Of a stretch of 64,000 nucleotides of DNA, positions 1-9,320 are shown in pieces. Source of the DNA: Anaerolineales bacterium (GTDB lineage: Bacteria; Chloroflexota; Anaerolineae; Anaerolineales; Villigracilaceae); the NCBI GenBank assembly GCA_046328915.1, contig JAXLVR010000007.1, positions 157,206 through 221,205 on the forward strand, written 5' to 3'. The translations under genes were made by a program, and so were the position numbers. The notes under the pieces were generated by a model. That model was not told the origin of the DNA. It was given only the letters and a program-made list of their open reading frames with translations, and did no database searches. The stretch's first letter is position 1. Every line of letters starts with the position of its first letter.

Positions 1-555
1 ATTCCTGATACCCCTTTCTATGAAATATGGGGTTGGGTGGTACCAGAAGCGGGGATGTGGTCTGCTTTTCTAAACTTTGCTGGGCGCTTGAATATCTTCA
101 ATGCCTTGCTTACCCAGAACTGGGAATTGTTGAAAGACTCGATCAAGCACCTTATCCTGCCGGCGTTGGCATTGGGAACCATCCCAATGGCGATCATTGC
201 CCGCATGGCGCGCTCTGCTATGCTTGATGTGTTGGGGCAGGATTACATCCGCACAGCCAAGGCAAAGGGACTCGGCAGGGGCGGCGTGATCTTCAAGCAT
301 GCTTTCCGCAATTCACTACTGCCTTTGGTAACGGTCATTGGTCTATCCTTTGGCGGTCTCTTGGGCGGAGCAGTTCTCACCGAAACCATCTTTGGTCTTT
401 CTGGAGTGGGACGTACTCTTTATGAAGCCATTACGGCTCGTGACTATGGCATTGTGCAGGTCTTTACTCTGGTGATCGCCTTCGTTTTTGTGGTGATCAA
501 CCTGATTGTGGACATTTCCTATGCCTATCTTGATCCTCGTGTTCGCCTCAATTAA
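1..555 (+). CDS. ABC transporter permease, DppB/OppB-like (5' partial, continues upstream of window)
   Basis: Reading frame is open from nt 1. The C-terminal half of a binding-protein-dependent permease is recognisable (AKGLGRGGVIFKHAFRNSLLPLVTVIG...DPRVRLN tail typical of DppB/OppB). Confidence 0.8.
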   Translation: MPDTPFYEIWGWVVPEAGMWSAFLNFAGRLNIFNALLTQNWELLKDSIKHLILPALALGTIPMAIIARMARSAMLDVLGQDYIRTAKAKGLGRGGVIFKHAFRNSLLPLVTVIGLSFGGLLGGAVLTETIFGLSGVGRTLYEAITARDYGIVQVFTLVIAFVFVVINLIVDISYAYLDPRVRLN

Positions 556-566
556 GGAACTCGACA

Positions 567-1526
567 ATGACTGCTAACTCAACCACTGTAGCAACACTGG
601 ATCCTGAAGCGATTACATCAAAGTCCACTGGCATGTGGCAACTTACCTTGCGTCGACTATTACGTCGCCGTTCTGCGATGGCAGGCTTGGTGATTCTCGG
701 CATCCTCGTCTTCATTGCTGCATTCGCCCCCGCACTTGCCCCCTACGACCCTACCATCTCCATGCTGGATGCCGACCCGCCACAACGGATCAAGGCTCGC
801 ACCGCGCCTTGTATTCATCTCTTGGGTTGCCCCGCAGACCAACCCCAACACCTTGCCGGTATTGACGGAAACATCCGCGATCAATTTAGCCGTTTGTTGT
901 ACGGCGCGCGCTTGAGCCTGATGGTTGGCTTTTCAACGGTGACTTTCGCTATCATTATCGGAACTATCCTTGGCGCGATCGCAGGTTATTTCGGCGGCTG
1001 GATCGATAACATCATTATGCGCATCATGGATGTGTTGTTGGCATTCCCCTCGCTTTTATTAGCCATTGCAATCGTCACCGTGCTCGGACCCGGTCTCATC
1101 AATGCCTTGTTGGCGATTGGTATCGTGTCCATTCCGGCGTATGCGCGTGTGATGCGTGCTTCCGTACTCTCTGTGCGTGAAATGGAATTTGTCTCTGCCA
1201 CCCGCGCTTTGGGCGGCAACGATATGCAGATCCTTTTCTTGCGCATTCTTCCCAATGCGTTGACTCCGCTCATCGTGCAGGGAACGTTAGGCATTGCCTC
1301 TGCTATTTTGGATGCAGCCGCTTTGTCCTTCCTTGGTTTGGGCGCACAGCCGCCTACACCCGAATGGGGCTCCATGCTGGGCTCGGAACGTAATCAGGTC
1401 TTTACGGCTCCGCACCTTGTGTTCTACCCAGGTTTTATGATTATGCTGACTGTTTTGGCATTCAACCTGATCGGTGATGGTCTGCGTGATGCACTCGACC
1501 CACGCCTTGCACATTCAAGTGGATAA
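567..1526 (+). CDS. ABC transporter permease, DppC/OppC-like
   Basis: 319 aa with multi-TM permease signature and the N-terminal OppC-like extension. It starts 12 nt after the upstream permease, so the two are likely co-transcribed. Confidence 0.85.
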   Translation: MTANSTTVATLDPEAITSKSTGMWQLTLRRLLRRRSAMAGLVILGILVFIAAFAPALAPYDPTISMLDADPPQRIKARTAPCIHLLGCPADQPQHLAGIDGNIRDQFSRLLYGARLSLMVGFSTVTFAIIIGTILGAIAGYFGGWIDNIIMRIMDVLLAFPSLLLAIAIVTVLGPGLINALLAIGIVSIPAYARVMRASVLSVREMEFVSATRALGGNDMQILFLRILPNALTPLIVQGTLGIASAILDAAALSFLGLGAQPPTPEWGSMLGSERNQVFTAPHLVFYPGFMIMLTVLAFNLIGDGLRDALDPRLAHSSG

Positions 1527-1540
1527 TAAATAATGGCATC

Positions 1541-1583
1541 AAAAAAGCCCGTCATTGTTATGACGGGCTTTTTATTTTTTATT
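1541..1583. terminator. Bidirectional rho-independent terminator between convergent genes
   Basis: Perfect hairpin aagcccgtcat/atgacgggctt flanked by an A-run and a T-run. Confidence 0.6.
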
Positions 1584-1584
1584 T

Positions 1585-2388
1585 CTATGATCCAGCGTTT
1601 TGTATGAACGCCCAAGTGGTAAGCCCGCCAAAGATGAGCAGAACGAGCAACGCACCGGTGATGATCTCGCGACTTTCTCGTTCATCATCCAGATGATATT
1701 CAGGAGGTATACCAACCACGGTCCACTTGGGACCCGCGAACCAGGCGAACATTGCACCGCCGAGCAAGCCGCCAATGTGCCCCCAAGTATCGATGCTGGG
1801 AGCCAAGCCAAGGAAGAGATTGATGACGATAATGAAGATTGCGTTGCTAATGGCTTGCTTAGCATGAGAGCCGAACAATTTGCGATTTTGGTAAAAGAAG
1901 ATGGCTTCTGCCGCAATGAGACCAAACACGGCTGTAGATGCGCCCACGGAATACCCTTGTGTAAAGAGGAAGGAGAGTACATTCCCGGCAAAGCCGCCGA
2001 GAACATATAGCAACAAAAAGCGCCCATGCCCGAAGTGACGTTCGAGCAAACTCCCTACTGAGAAAAGCGCATACATATTGAAGAAGATATGCGGGATGGA
2101 ACCATGCAGAAACATGGGTGTGAACAAACGCCAAAGTTGCCCGGCATAGATCGCATCACTGATGCGAGCGCCGTATAATGTCACCCAATCGATACCATAG
2201 CTTGAGTCACCTAAAAGGACAGAGCTGAGAACTTGTAAGAGGTAAACAAAAATAGTCACACCAATAAGAGCATATGTGACTGTCGGTTGCAGGGTGGGCA
2301 TCCGCACGTAGGTGGGTTGACGTGTAGGAAGCGGCTCGGGTTGTGAATCCGGTTGCGGGTCCGAATAAGAGGCGGGAGGTTGCATCAT
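1585..2388 (-). CDS. Rhomboid family intramembrane serine protease
   Basis: 267 aa polytopic protein with rhomboid-like motifs (GASTAVFGL region with the catalytic Ser context, and a downstream His-containing TM). Confidence 0.75.
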   Translation of the reverse strand: MMQPPASYSDPQPDSQPEPLPTRQPTYVRMPTLQPTVTYALIGVTIFVYLLQVLSSVLLGDSSYGIDWVTLYGARISDAIYAGQLWRLFTPMFLHGSIPHIFFNMYALFSVGSLLERHFGHGRFLLLYVLGGFAGNVLSFLFTQGYSVGASTAVFGLIAAEAIFFYQNRKLFGSHAKQAISNAIFIIVINLFLGLAPSIDTWGHIGGLLGGAMFAWFAGPKWTVVGIPPEYHLDDERESREIITGALLVLLIFGGLTTWAFIQNAGS

Positions 2389-2999
2389 AAAGTCACCTTG
2401 CGATGGTGTACTTTAAAATGTTCAGCTTCGATAATCGCGCGGACTTTGTCCACCGTGTCATCCAAATGAAAATCGTGATTGACGATCACATAATCAAAGG
2501 CTTCGAGGCGTTGTAGTTCTTTACGGGCGGTGGCAATGCGCAGAGAAAGCGAATCAGGCGACTCGGTCTTGCGTTCGCGCAAACGTCTTTCTAGTTCTTC
2601 TTCGCTTTCGCAAGTGATGAAAATGAGCAATGCTTCGGGTGCAAGCTTGCGAACAGACTCAGCACCTTGCACATCAATGCGCATGACGACATCTTTGCCA
2701 CTCGCGAAGGCATTGCGTACCTGTTCTTTCGGAATGCCTTTGTAATCGCCATAGACGATCGCGTATTCAATCAGCTCATCTTCTTCGATCATGTGCGCAA
2801 ATTCATCTTTCGAGAGGAAGAAATAATCTACGCCATGGGTCTCATTGGCTCGCTTCTCGCGTGTAGTAGCCGTGACAACAAAGTGAAAGGGAAACCCGCG
2901 ATCTTTCATGCGTTGCACCACAGAGTCTTTGCCTACACCAGAAGGACCAGAGATGACGATCAACAAGGGATTGGGCTTACGAAGCTCGAATTCAGACAT
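2385..2999 (-). CDS. gmk: Guanylate kinase
   Basis: 204 aa with P-loop GPSGVGKDS and a guanylate kinase fold. Overlaps the downstream gene by 4 nt. Confidence 0.9.
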   Translation of the reverse strand: MSEFELRKPNPLLIVISGPSGVGKDSVVQRMKDRGFPFHFVVTATTREKRANETHGVDYFFLSKDEFAHMIEEDELIEYAIVYGDYKGIPKEQVRNAFASGKDVVMRIDVQGAESVRKLAPEALLIFITCESEEELERRLRERKTESPDSLSLRIATARKELQRLEAFDYVIVNHDFHLDDTVDKVRAIIEAEHFKVHHRKVTL

Positions 3000-3058
3000 C
3001 TAAATATTGTACCAAACGCCTCTTGCCGAACCCGGGCTTGATTCTGTAAAATAAATTT

Positions 3059-3442
3059 ATGCCTACTTATGACTTTATCTGCAATACTTGCAAAGAGCGT
3101 TTTGATGTCTTTTTAACCTATAACGAGTATGGGAAGGTGACTGTTCACTGCACGCATTGTAATAGTGCAGATGTACGTCGCCGGATGACGAAGGTCCGTA
3201 TTGCGCGGACGGACGAAGGCAGGCTTGAGCATATGGCAGGCGAGCTCGGCAGCTTGGAAGGGATGGAAGAGGACCCTGCCGCATTTGGACGTATGATGAA
3301 AAAGATGGGGAGAGAAATGGGTGAAGACTTACCAGCCGAATTTGATGAGGTGGTGGACAGGCTGGAAGCCGGGCAAAGCCCGGAAGAGATCGAATCAGCC
3401 TTGCCAGACCTCAGTGGGGATGATGAGCTTTCTAAGGAATAG
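3059..3442 (+). CDS. FmdB-family zinc-ribbon protein
   Basis: N-terminal CxxC...CxxC zinc ribbon (MPTYDFICNTCKERF...HCTHCNS) typical of FmdB/CxxC_CxxC_SSSS proteins, followed by an acidic tail. Confidence 0.65.
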   Translation: MPTYDFICNTCKERFDVFLTYNEYGKVTVHCTHCNSADVRRRMTKVRIARTDEGRLEHMAGELGSLEGMEEDPAAFGRMMKKMGREMGEDLPAEFDEVVDRLEAGQSPEEIESALPDLSGDDELSKE

Positions 3443-3486
3443 ACCCTCCTTCCGACGTATAATTTCACTAATCTTATCTAAATTGT

Positions 3487-3502
3487 TGTGACTTTTGTCA
3501 CA
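3487..3502. promoter_or_regulatory. Perfect CRP/FNR-type palindrome TGTGA-N6-TCACA upstream of the decaheme cytochrome gene
   Basis: The 16-nt sequence tgtgacttttgtcaca lies about 165 nt upstream of the ATG at 3666, inside an AT-rich promoter region. Confidence 0.4.
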
Positions 3503-3665
3503 TTAAGGGATGCTTATTTTTACTGTGCATTAATCTCCCACTTAAGTAAAATTTCTCATATCTGCTAAAAAATGTCAAAGCAGTCATTTTCTCCAAAGGA
3601 GGCATATTTTCAAGAACACGCCGATAATTACTAGCTTTTTTACACTGATCTAAGGAGAATGAATA

Positions 3666-5783
3666 ATGAGTCTCAAAAAATTTCTAGTTTTGCTCGGGGT
3701 TTTGGTTGTGCTTGGCGCGGTTTTAGCGGCCTGTGGCGGCACCCAACCCACTCAAACAGGTACTGAAACAGCCACGGAAGAAGCTCCCGCTGCTCCAATA
3801 CCAGACACCCCATATTTAGCTGATTGGCAAGGCTCCGCTCATGCAAATGTAGCCGACGAACCTTTCCGTCACTGGGATGACGCTGCCGAAAATCCTGATG
3901 GCGTCCCCACCACTTGTGCCAAGTGCCATACTACAGATGGTTACCGCGATTACCTCGGTGCCGATGGCTCTGAAGCCGGTAAAGTGGATGTAGCCGTTGC
4001 TGCCGACCATGCCCAAGGCGTGCAGTGCGTGGCTTGTCACAATGCTGTCACTATGACCAAGACCACGGTCGTATTCCCCTCCGGTGTTGAGATCAAAGCC
4101 GGTGATGACACCCGTTGTATGGAATGTCATCAGGGACGTGAGTCCAAGGTTAGCGTGGATGCGCAGATTGAAAAGTTTGCTGCCACCGATCCCGATGCCG
4201 TTGTTGCTCCGATCAAGGATGACCAGGGCAAGGATGTGTTCTTTGGTTTCCGCAATGTTCACTACTATGCTGCAGCCGCCACCCTCTACGGTGGTATGGT
4301 TCACGGCGGTTATGAATATGATGGCTTGACCTATGATGCCAAGAACACTCACACGGATGGCTATGACTCCTGCACAGGCTGTCATGATCCTCATACCCTC
4401 GAAGTCAAAGTTGACCAGTGCGCTTTCTGTCACGAAGATGTAGCCACCGTGGAAGATCTCAAGAACATCCGCATGGTTTCGTCCGCTCCTGACTACGATG
4501 GCGATGGCAATGTTGAAGAAGGTATGTACTACGAGATCCAGGGACTGCAGGAAGTCCTCATGGCTCAGATCCAGAAGTACGCTTTGGAAACTGCCGGCGC
4601 AGAGATCAAGTACGATCCTGAAACCTACCCATACTTCATGGGCGCAGATGGCAAGAACTACGCCAACTGGACTCCTCGTTTGCTGAAGGCTGCTTACAAC
4701 TATCAGGTCTCCATCAAGGATCCTGGTGCGTTTGCCCACGGCAATAAGTACATCGTCCAATTGCTCTTCGATTCGATCGCCGACCTCGGTGGCGATACCA
4801 GCAAACTTGCTCGTACCGATGCGGGTCACTTCGCTGGTAACACCGAACCCTTCCGACACTGGGACAAGGATGCCGATGGCAACCCTGTCTACGAAGTGGA
4901 AGCCGCTTGTGCCAAGTGCCATAGCGCTGCCGGTCTGCCGCAATTCCTCCAGTACGGTGCCAACCTGCCCGTGGAATCTGCAAATGGCTTTATGTGCTCT
5001 ACTTGTCACGACGAAGCTAACTGGCCCAACCGCTACACGGTCGCTTCTGTGACCTTCCCCAGCGGCTCAACCGTCAGCTTTGGTGGTAAAGATGCCGATG
5101 GCAACTTCGTTGCTGACGACTCCAACCTTTGTATCGAATGTCATCAGGGTCGCTCTTCTACACCGACCTTGAACAAGGCGCTCACTGGTAAGGAAGAAGA
5201 CACTCCTGATCCAAAGATCCGCTTCAACAACATTCACTACTTCGCTGCGGGCGCTACCATTTTCGGTGCTGACGTCCAGGGCGCATACATGTACGAAGGT
5301 ATGGAATATGTAGGTCAGAACATGCACGCTGACGAAGCTGGCAAGATGAATAAATGCCAGGATTGTCACGATGTCCATGCTCTCGAACCCAAGGTTGAAG
5401 CTTGCGAAACCTGTCACGATACTACCGACCCAACAGCAGTCCGCGAAAGCGATGTGGACTATGATGGCGACGGCGATGTGACCGAAGGTATCAAGGGCGA
5501 GATCGACACCATGACCGAAGCCCTCTATGCTGCGATCCAATCGTATGCTGAAAGCCACGGCGGAGCGATCTCCTACGACCCGAATGTGTACCCGTACTTC
5601 TCCGGTGCGGATGGCAAGGCATATGCAGCGTGGACTCCTCGCTTGCTCAAGGCTGCCTTCAACTACCAGTACGTCCAGAAAGACCCGGGTGCGTACGTTC
5701 ACAATCCCAAGTTCGTCATGCAGTTCCTGTATGACTCCACAAAAGACTTGGGTGGTGATGTGAGCAAGTTCACACGCCCGTAA
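3666..5783 (+). CDS. Decaheme c-type cytochrome lipoprotein (two tandem pentaheme modules)
   Basis: Signal peptide with lipobox LAAC. Ten CxxCH motifs arranged 5+5, with clear internal duplication of the two halves. RBS aaggagaa lies upstream. Confidence 0.85.
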   Translation: MSLKKFLVLLGVLVVLGAVLAACGGTQPTQTGTETATEEAPAAPIPDTPYLADWQGSAHANVADEPFRHWDDAAENPDGVPTTCAKCHTTDGYRDYLGADGSEAGKVDVAVAADHAQGVQCVACHNAVTMTKTTVVFPSGVEIKAGDDTRCMECHQGRESKVSVDAQIEKFAATDPDAVVAPIKDDQGKDVFFGFRNVHYYAAAATLYGGMVHGGYEYDGLTYDAKNTHTDGYDSCTGCHDPHTLEVKVDQCAFCHEDVATVEDLKNIRMVSSAPDYDGDGNVEEGMYYEIQGLQEVLMAQIQKYALETAGAEIKYDPETYPYFMGADGKNYANWTPRLLKAAYNYQVSIKDPGAFAHGNKYIVQLLFDSIADLGGDTSKLARTDAGHFAGNTEPFRHWDKDADGNPVYEVEAACAKCHSAAGLPQFLQYGANLPVESANGFMCSTCHDEANWPNRYTVASVTFPSGSTVSFGGKDADGNFVADDSNLCIECHQGRSSTPTLNKALTGKEEDTPDPKIRFNNIHYFAAGATIFGADVQGAYMYEGMEYVGQNMHADEAGKMNKCQDCHDVHALEPKVEACETCHDTTDPTAVRESDVDYDGDGDVTEGIKGEIDTMTEALYAAIQSYAESHGGAISYDPNVYPYFSGADGKAYAAWTPRLLKAAFNYQYVQKDPGAYVHNPKFVMQFLYDSTKDLGGDVSKFTRP

Positions 5784-5795
5784 GTTTTACGAAAT

Positions 5796-5834
5796 AAAAA
5801 ATGGCGGATGGCAACATCCGCCATTTTCTTTTTA
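5796..5834 (+). terminator. Rho-independent terminator after the decaheme gene
   Basis: Hairpin aatggcggatg/atccgccatt followed by a T-run. Confidence 0.5.
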
Positions 5835-5973
5835 ATCCAATTCTTAATCACACCAAAACCATGATATTTAGCACTGTAATGGGTCGCCTGCCCCACTTAC
5901 AATTGGGGCAATTCCCCCATGCTTGTAATTGGGAATATAATATGTAAATTGTCCGAATTTTATAAAGGAGAAT

Positions 5974-7143
5974 GTGATGCACCAAAGGATCAAACTTCGC
6001 ACGCCTCACATCTGGACCGTGAGCCTGCTTCTCGGACTTGGGCTTTTCGCCTTCGCTCTGGCAGCACTCACCACAACCGCACAAGCTGCCCCCTCCCTAC
6101 AGCCCACAGCACAGGACCAAAAACCCAATAACGATTTTTGTCTTGCCTGTCACCAAGAGGAAGGCATCGACAAAACCCTTGGCAGCGAATCGCTCCCAGT
6201 AACCATTAATCCCACTGAATTTGGTTTATCGGTTCACGCTGAAGAAGGCGTTCTCTGTGTAGATTGTCACGTAGATATCAGTGACTATCCCCACCCAGAC
6301 GTAAAATCAAAATCTGTTCGCGATTTTCAAATGACCTTCGCCGACTCCTGCAAGGAATGTCACGAAGAACAGTTCACCGATGCGCATGATAGTGTTCATC
6401 AAACCGCAATGGATGAAGGCGACCCGAACGCACCGCTTTGTTCTGATTGCCATAACCCCCACACTCAGGGACGTATCATTGGCGAAACCAGCGGCGAGCT
6501 GACCATTGCCGCCCGCAAAGAAGTGCCTGCTACTTGTGCCAAATGCCATACCGAAACGGTTGAGATTTACAAGAACAGTGTTCACGGCGGCGCCCTTGCA
6601 GATGGCAACACCGATGTGCCTACTTGTACAGATTGTCACGGTGTGCATAACATCGGTGACCCCACCACGAACGCTTTCCACAACAACACCCCTGCTTTGT
6701 GCGCAGATTGTCACGATAACGAAGAGTTGATGGGCAAATACGGTCTTTCTACCGAAGTGCTCGAAACCTACGTGGCTGATTTCCACGGCACCACCACAAC
6801 ACTCTTTGAACAGCAATTCCCCGGTCAACCTATTAACACGGCTGTTTGTACAGACTGCCACGGCGTTCATGATATTGCCAGCACCAAAAACCCAGAGACC
6901 GGTATTGCCATGCAAGAAAACCTGCTGGTTAAATGTCAGCGCTGCCATCCCGATGCCACAGCCAACTTCTCAGCCGCATGGATGGGACACTACCAACCCA
7001 GCCCTGAACATTACCCGATCGTCTATTACGTCAACCTTTTCTATAAATTCTTCATTCCCGCGGTCCTGGGCGGCATGGTGCTCTTTATCCTCACCGACAT
7101 CTATCGCCGCATTATCAACCGCGCGAAAGGAGCAAAGCACTAA
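5974..7143 (+). CDS. Nonaheme c-type cytochrome, C-terminally membrane anchored
   Basis: N-terminal signal peptide, nine CxxCH motifs, and a C-terminal TM helix. Upstream promoter-like element ttgtaa...tataat. Confidence 0.85.
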   Translation: MMHQRIKLRTPHIWTVSLLLGLGLFAFALAALTTTAQAAPSLQPTAQDQKPNNDFCLACHQEEGIDKTLGSESLPVTINPTEFGLSVHAEEGVLCVDCHVDISDYPHPDVKSKSVRDFQMTFADSCKECHEEQFTDAHDSVHQTAMDEGDPNAPLCSDCHNPHTQGRIIGETSGELTIAARKEVPATCAKCHTETVEIYKNSVHGGALADGNTDVPTCTDCHGVHNIGDPTTNAFHNNTPALCADCHDNEELMGKYGLSTEVLETYVADFHGTTTTLFEQQFPGQPINTAVCTDCHGVHDIASTKNPETGIAMQENLLVKCQRCHPDATANFSAAWMGHYQPSPEHYPIVYYVNLFYKFFIPAVLGGMVLFILTDIYRRIINRAKGAKH

Positions 7144-7997
7144 TGAATACCGTAACCAAAGCTTACATGCGCTTCCCGATCGCGCGCCGTATTGAACATT
7201 GGGTGATGATGCTCTCATTCACCTTGCTAGGTCTTACTGGGCTTCCTCAGCGCTTTCCAGAGGCTGGGCTCTCCCAAGCCATTCTAGGCGTTCTGGGAGG
7301 CATTCAGGGCGTGCGTACCGTACATCATACTGCTGCCGTCGTCATGATGTTTGGCACTGCCTGGCATATCCTTGTGATGGGCTACAGCGTCTTCGTCTTG
7401 CGCGATAAGATGTCCATGCTGCCTACTTTGCAAGATGCCAAAGACGGTCTGCAAGCCTTGCTGTATAACATCGGTTTTGCCAAGACCTATCCGCAAATGG
7501 GACGCTACACCTTCGAAGAGAAAATGGAATATTGGGCATTCGTTTGGGGTGCCCTAGTGATGGGTGCTACCGGTTTTATGATGTGGAACCCCATTACCGC
7601 GACAAGATTCCTGCCGGGTGAGTTTGTGCCAGCTGCCAAAGCGGCTCATGGTAATGAAGCTGTGCTTGCCGTGCTTGCCATCATTATCTGGCATATGTAT
7701 GGTGTACATATCAAACGTTTCAACAAAGCCATGTTCAACGGCAAGATGACCGAAACAGACATGCTGCATGAACATCCGCTGGAATTGGCAGACATCAAAG
7801 CCGGGATCGCAGACCGCCGCCCCGATGCCGCGACTCTGCGCAAGCGTCAGATGATCTATTACCCCATCGCCGCTGTCTTAACGATAGGCATGCTCGGTGG
7901 AATATATGGCTTTATCAACGCCGAAGAAACCGCACTGACAACCATTCCGCCCATCGTGGAAACGGTCGAACCGCCAGCGGCAACTGTTCAACCATAG
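7143..7997 (+). CDS. b-type cytochrome membrane subunit (Ni/Fe-hydrogenase/FdnI-like cytochrome b family)
   Basis: 284 aa with 4-5 TM helices carrying conserved His residues. The start overlaps the stop of the nonaheme gene (taATGa), suggesting translational coupling. Confidence 0.7.
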   Translation: MNTVTKAYMRFPIARRIEHWVMMLSFTLLGLTGLPQRFPEAGLSQAILGVLGGIQGVRTVHHTAAVVMMFGTAWHILVMGYSVFVLRDKMSMLPTLQDAKDGLQALLYNIGFAKTYPQMGRYTFEEKMEYWAFVWGALVMGATGFMMWNPITATRFLPGEFVPAAKAAHGNEAVLAVLAIIIWHMYGVHIKRFNKAMFNGKMTETDMLHEHPLELADIKAGIADRRPDAATLRKRQMIYYPIAAVLTIGMLGGIYGFINAEETALTTIPPIVETVEPPAATVQP

Positions 7998-8004
7998 TAA
8001 CAAG

Positions 8005-8040
8005 AATAAAAAGAGCCGCCCTAGAGGCGGCTCTTTTTTG
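8005..8040. terminator. Bidirectional terminator between convergent cytochrome operons
   Basis: Hairpin aaaagagccgcc/ggcggctctttt flanked by A- and T-runs. Confidence 0.6.
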
Positions 8041-8055
8041 ATTCTGTACCGAATA

Positions 8056-9319
8056 TTAATCTCCTGCAACTGCTTCCCCAACTTTCATGGTTACAACTTC
8101 ATACTCTTCGCTCACGAGGCGATGATCCACAACCCGCAAGTATTTCACGCCCACCGAGAAAGCCAACAGACCGAAGGCAATGATGCCAAGCCCAGCTGCC
8201 CATTCCACTAGTGATGGGGTGTAACTGGTGTATTGTACGACCATTTCACCGGGGGTATACGGAATGACCGCAAGGAAACCGACGATGTTTGTATCGAAGC
8301 GGAAGGCAATCACGCCGCCGACGATCATTGCGAAGGCGAGCATCCGCCACAGCGGAGTCTGACGCAAGGAGCGCTTGAGCAGGATAATGGTAGGAAGAAG
8401 CGCGCCGAAGAGCATTTCGCCGAACCAGAAGTTGAAGGAGAGCGGTCCCTTGGTGAGGAGTCTGAATCCTTCGGTGCGTCCGGGTTCGTAGGTGTAGGTT
8501 TGGGCAAGCCAATCCCAGAAGCGCCAGTAGAGGTAGGCGATCATCATATAGCCGAGCACTTGCGCTACACGTTCGATCAAGGTGTCGTTGACTTTGGCTT
8601 TGGGGGTTAGCCGCGCCGCCAGCATGGATGCGAACAAGGTGAGCGAGATGCCGCCGAGAATGGCTGTGAACATGAACATCACAGACATTTCAGGGCGATA
8701 CCAAATTGGGCGCGCTTTGATAACACCATAGACCGCCCCCAGCGAAGATTGATGCAAACTGGAGAGAGCCAAGCCTAAGACGGCGAGCACAGGAGCGTAG
8801 TGATGCAAGTGTTCCATCTTTTCGGCGATCTTCGGATATTTCGTGCGCAGCCATTCAAAGGATGCAACGATGGGTGCCACTTCGAGAAGGAGTACGGTGA
8901 AGTATAGACCCACGCACATGGTCACTTCCCAAAGCAGAGAGTGGGTTCCAGAAGACAAAAGACTTCCAGAAGCGTTCAGGACGACCAATATCCAGCAAGA
9001 GCGCCATCATTGCCATGCTATAGCCCGTGAAGCCGATGAAGGTGGCGGTGCGGGCGATAGGCTCATAGCGTTTGAAGCCGAAGAGATACACGATCGCGCA
9101 TAAACTGAATGCGCCGGCTGCTACGGCAATGGAGGAGAGATCAATAGTGATCCACAAGCCCCAAGGAACGAGGTTTGTGAGATTGGTGATGACCAAGCCT
9201 TTCCAGAAGACGGTTAGCGCGGCAATTAAGGCGCTGACTAAAAGAAGCCCTAGAAAAGCGAGCCATGCACCCCAAGGGGTAAAGATATTTTCGCGAATGG
9301 TTTTTAGGATGGTTTTCAT
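8056..9319 (-). CDS. NrfD/PsrC-like polytopic quinol-interacting membrane subunit, interrupted by a frameshift near 8940-8990
   Basis: Two overlapping ORFs (8855..9319 and 8056..8988) together make up one NrfD-family protein. The frames switch inside a conserved loop: FWNP in one frame, HSLLWEV in the other. Confidence 0.75.
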
Positions 9320-9320
9320 G

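Noticed and set aside
3816-5009. 397-aa minus-strand ORF antisense to the decaheme cytochrome gene
   Set aside because: It lies entirely inside a strongly supported plus-strand CDS with 10 heme motifs and a lipobox. It has no RBS or recognisable domain; it is a shadow ORF.
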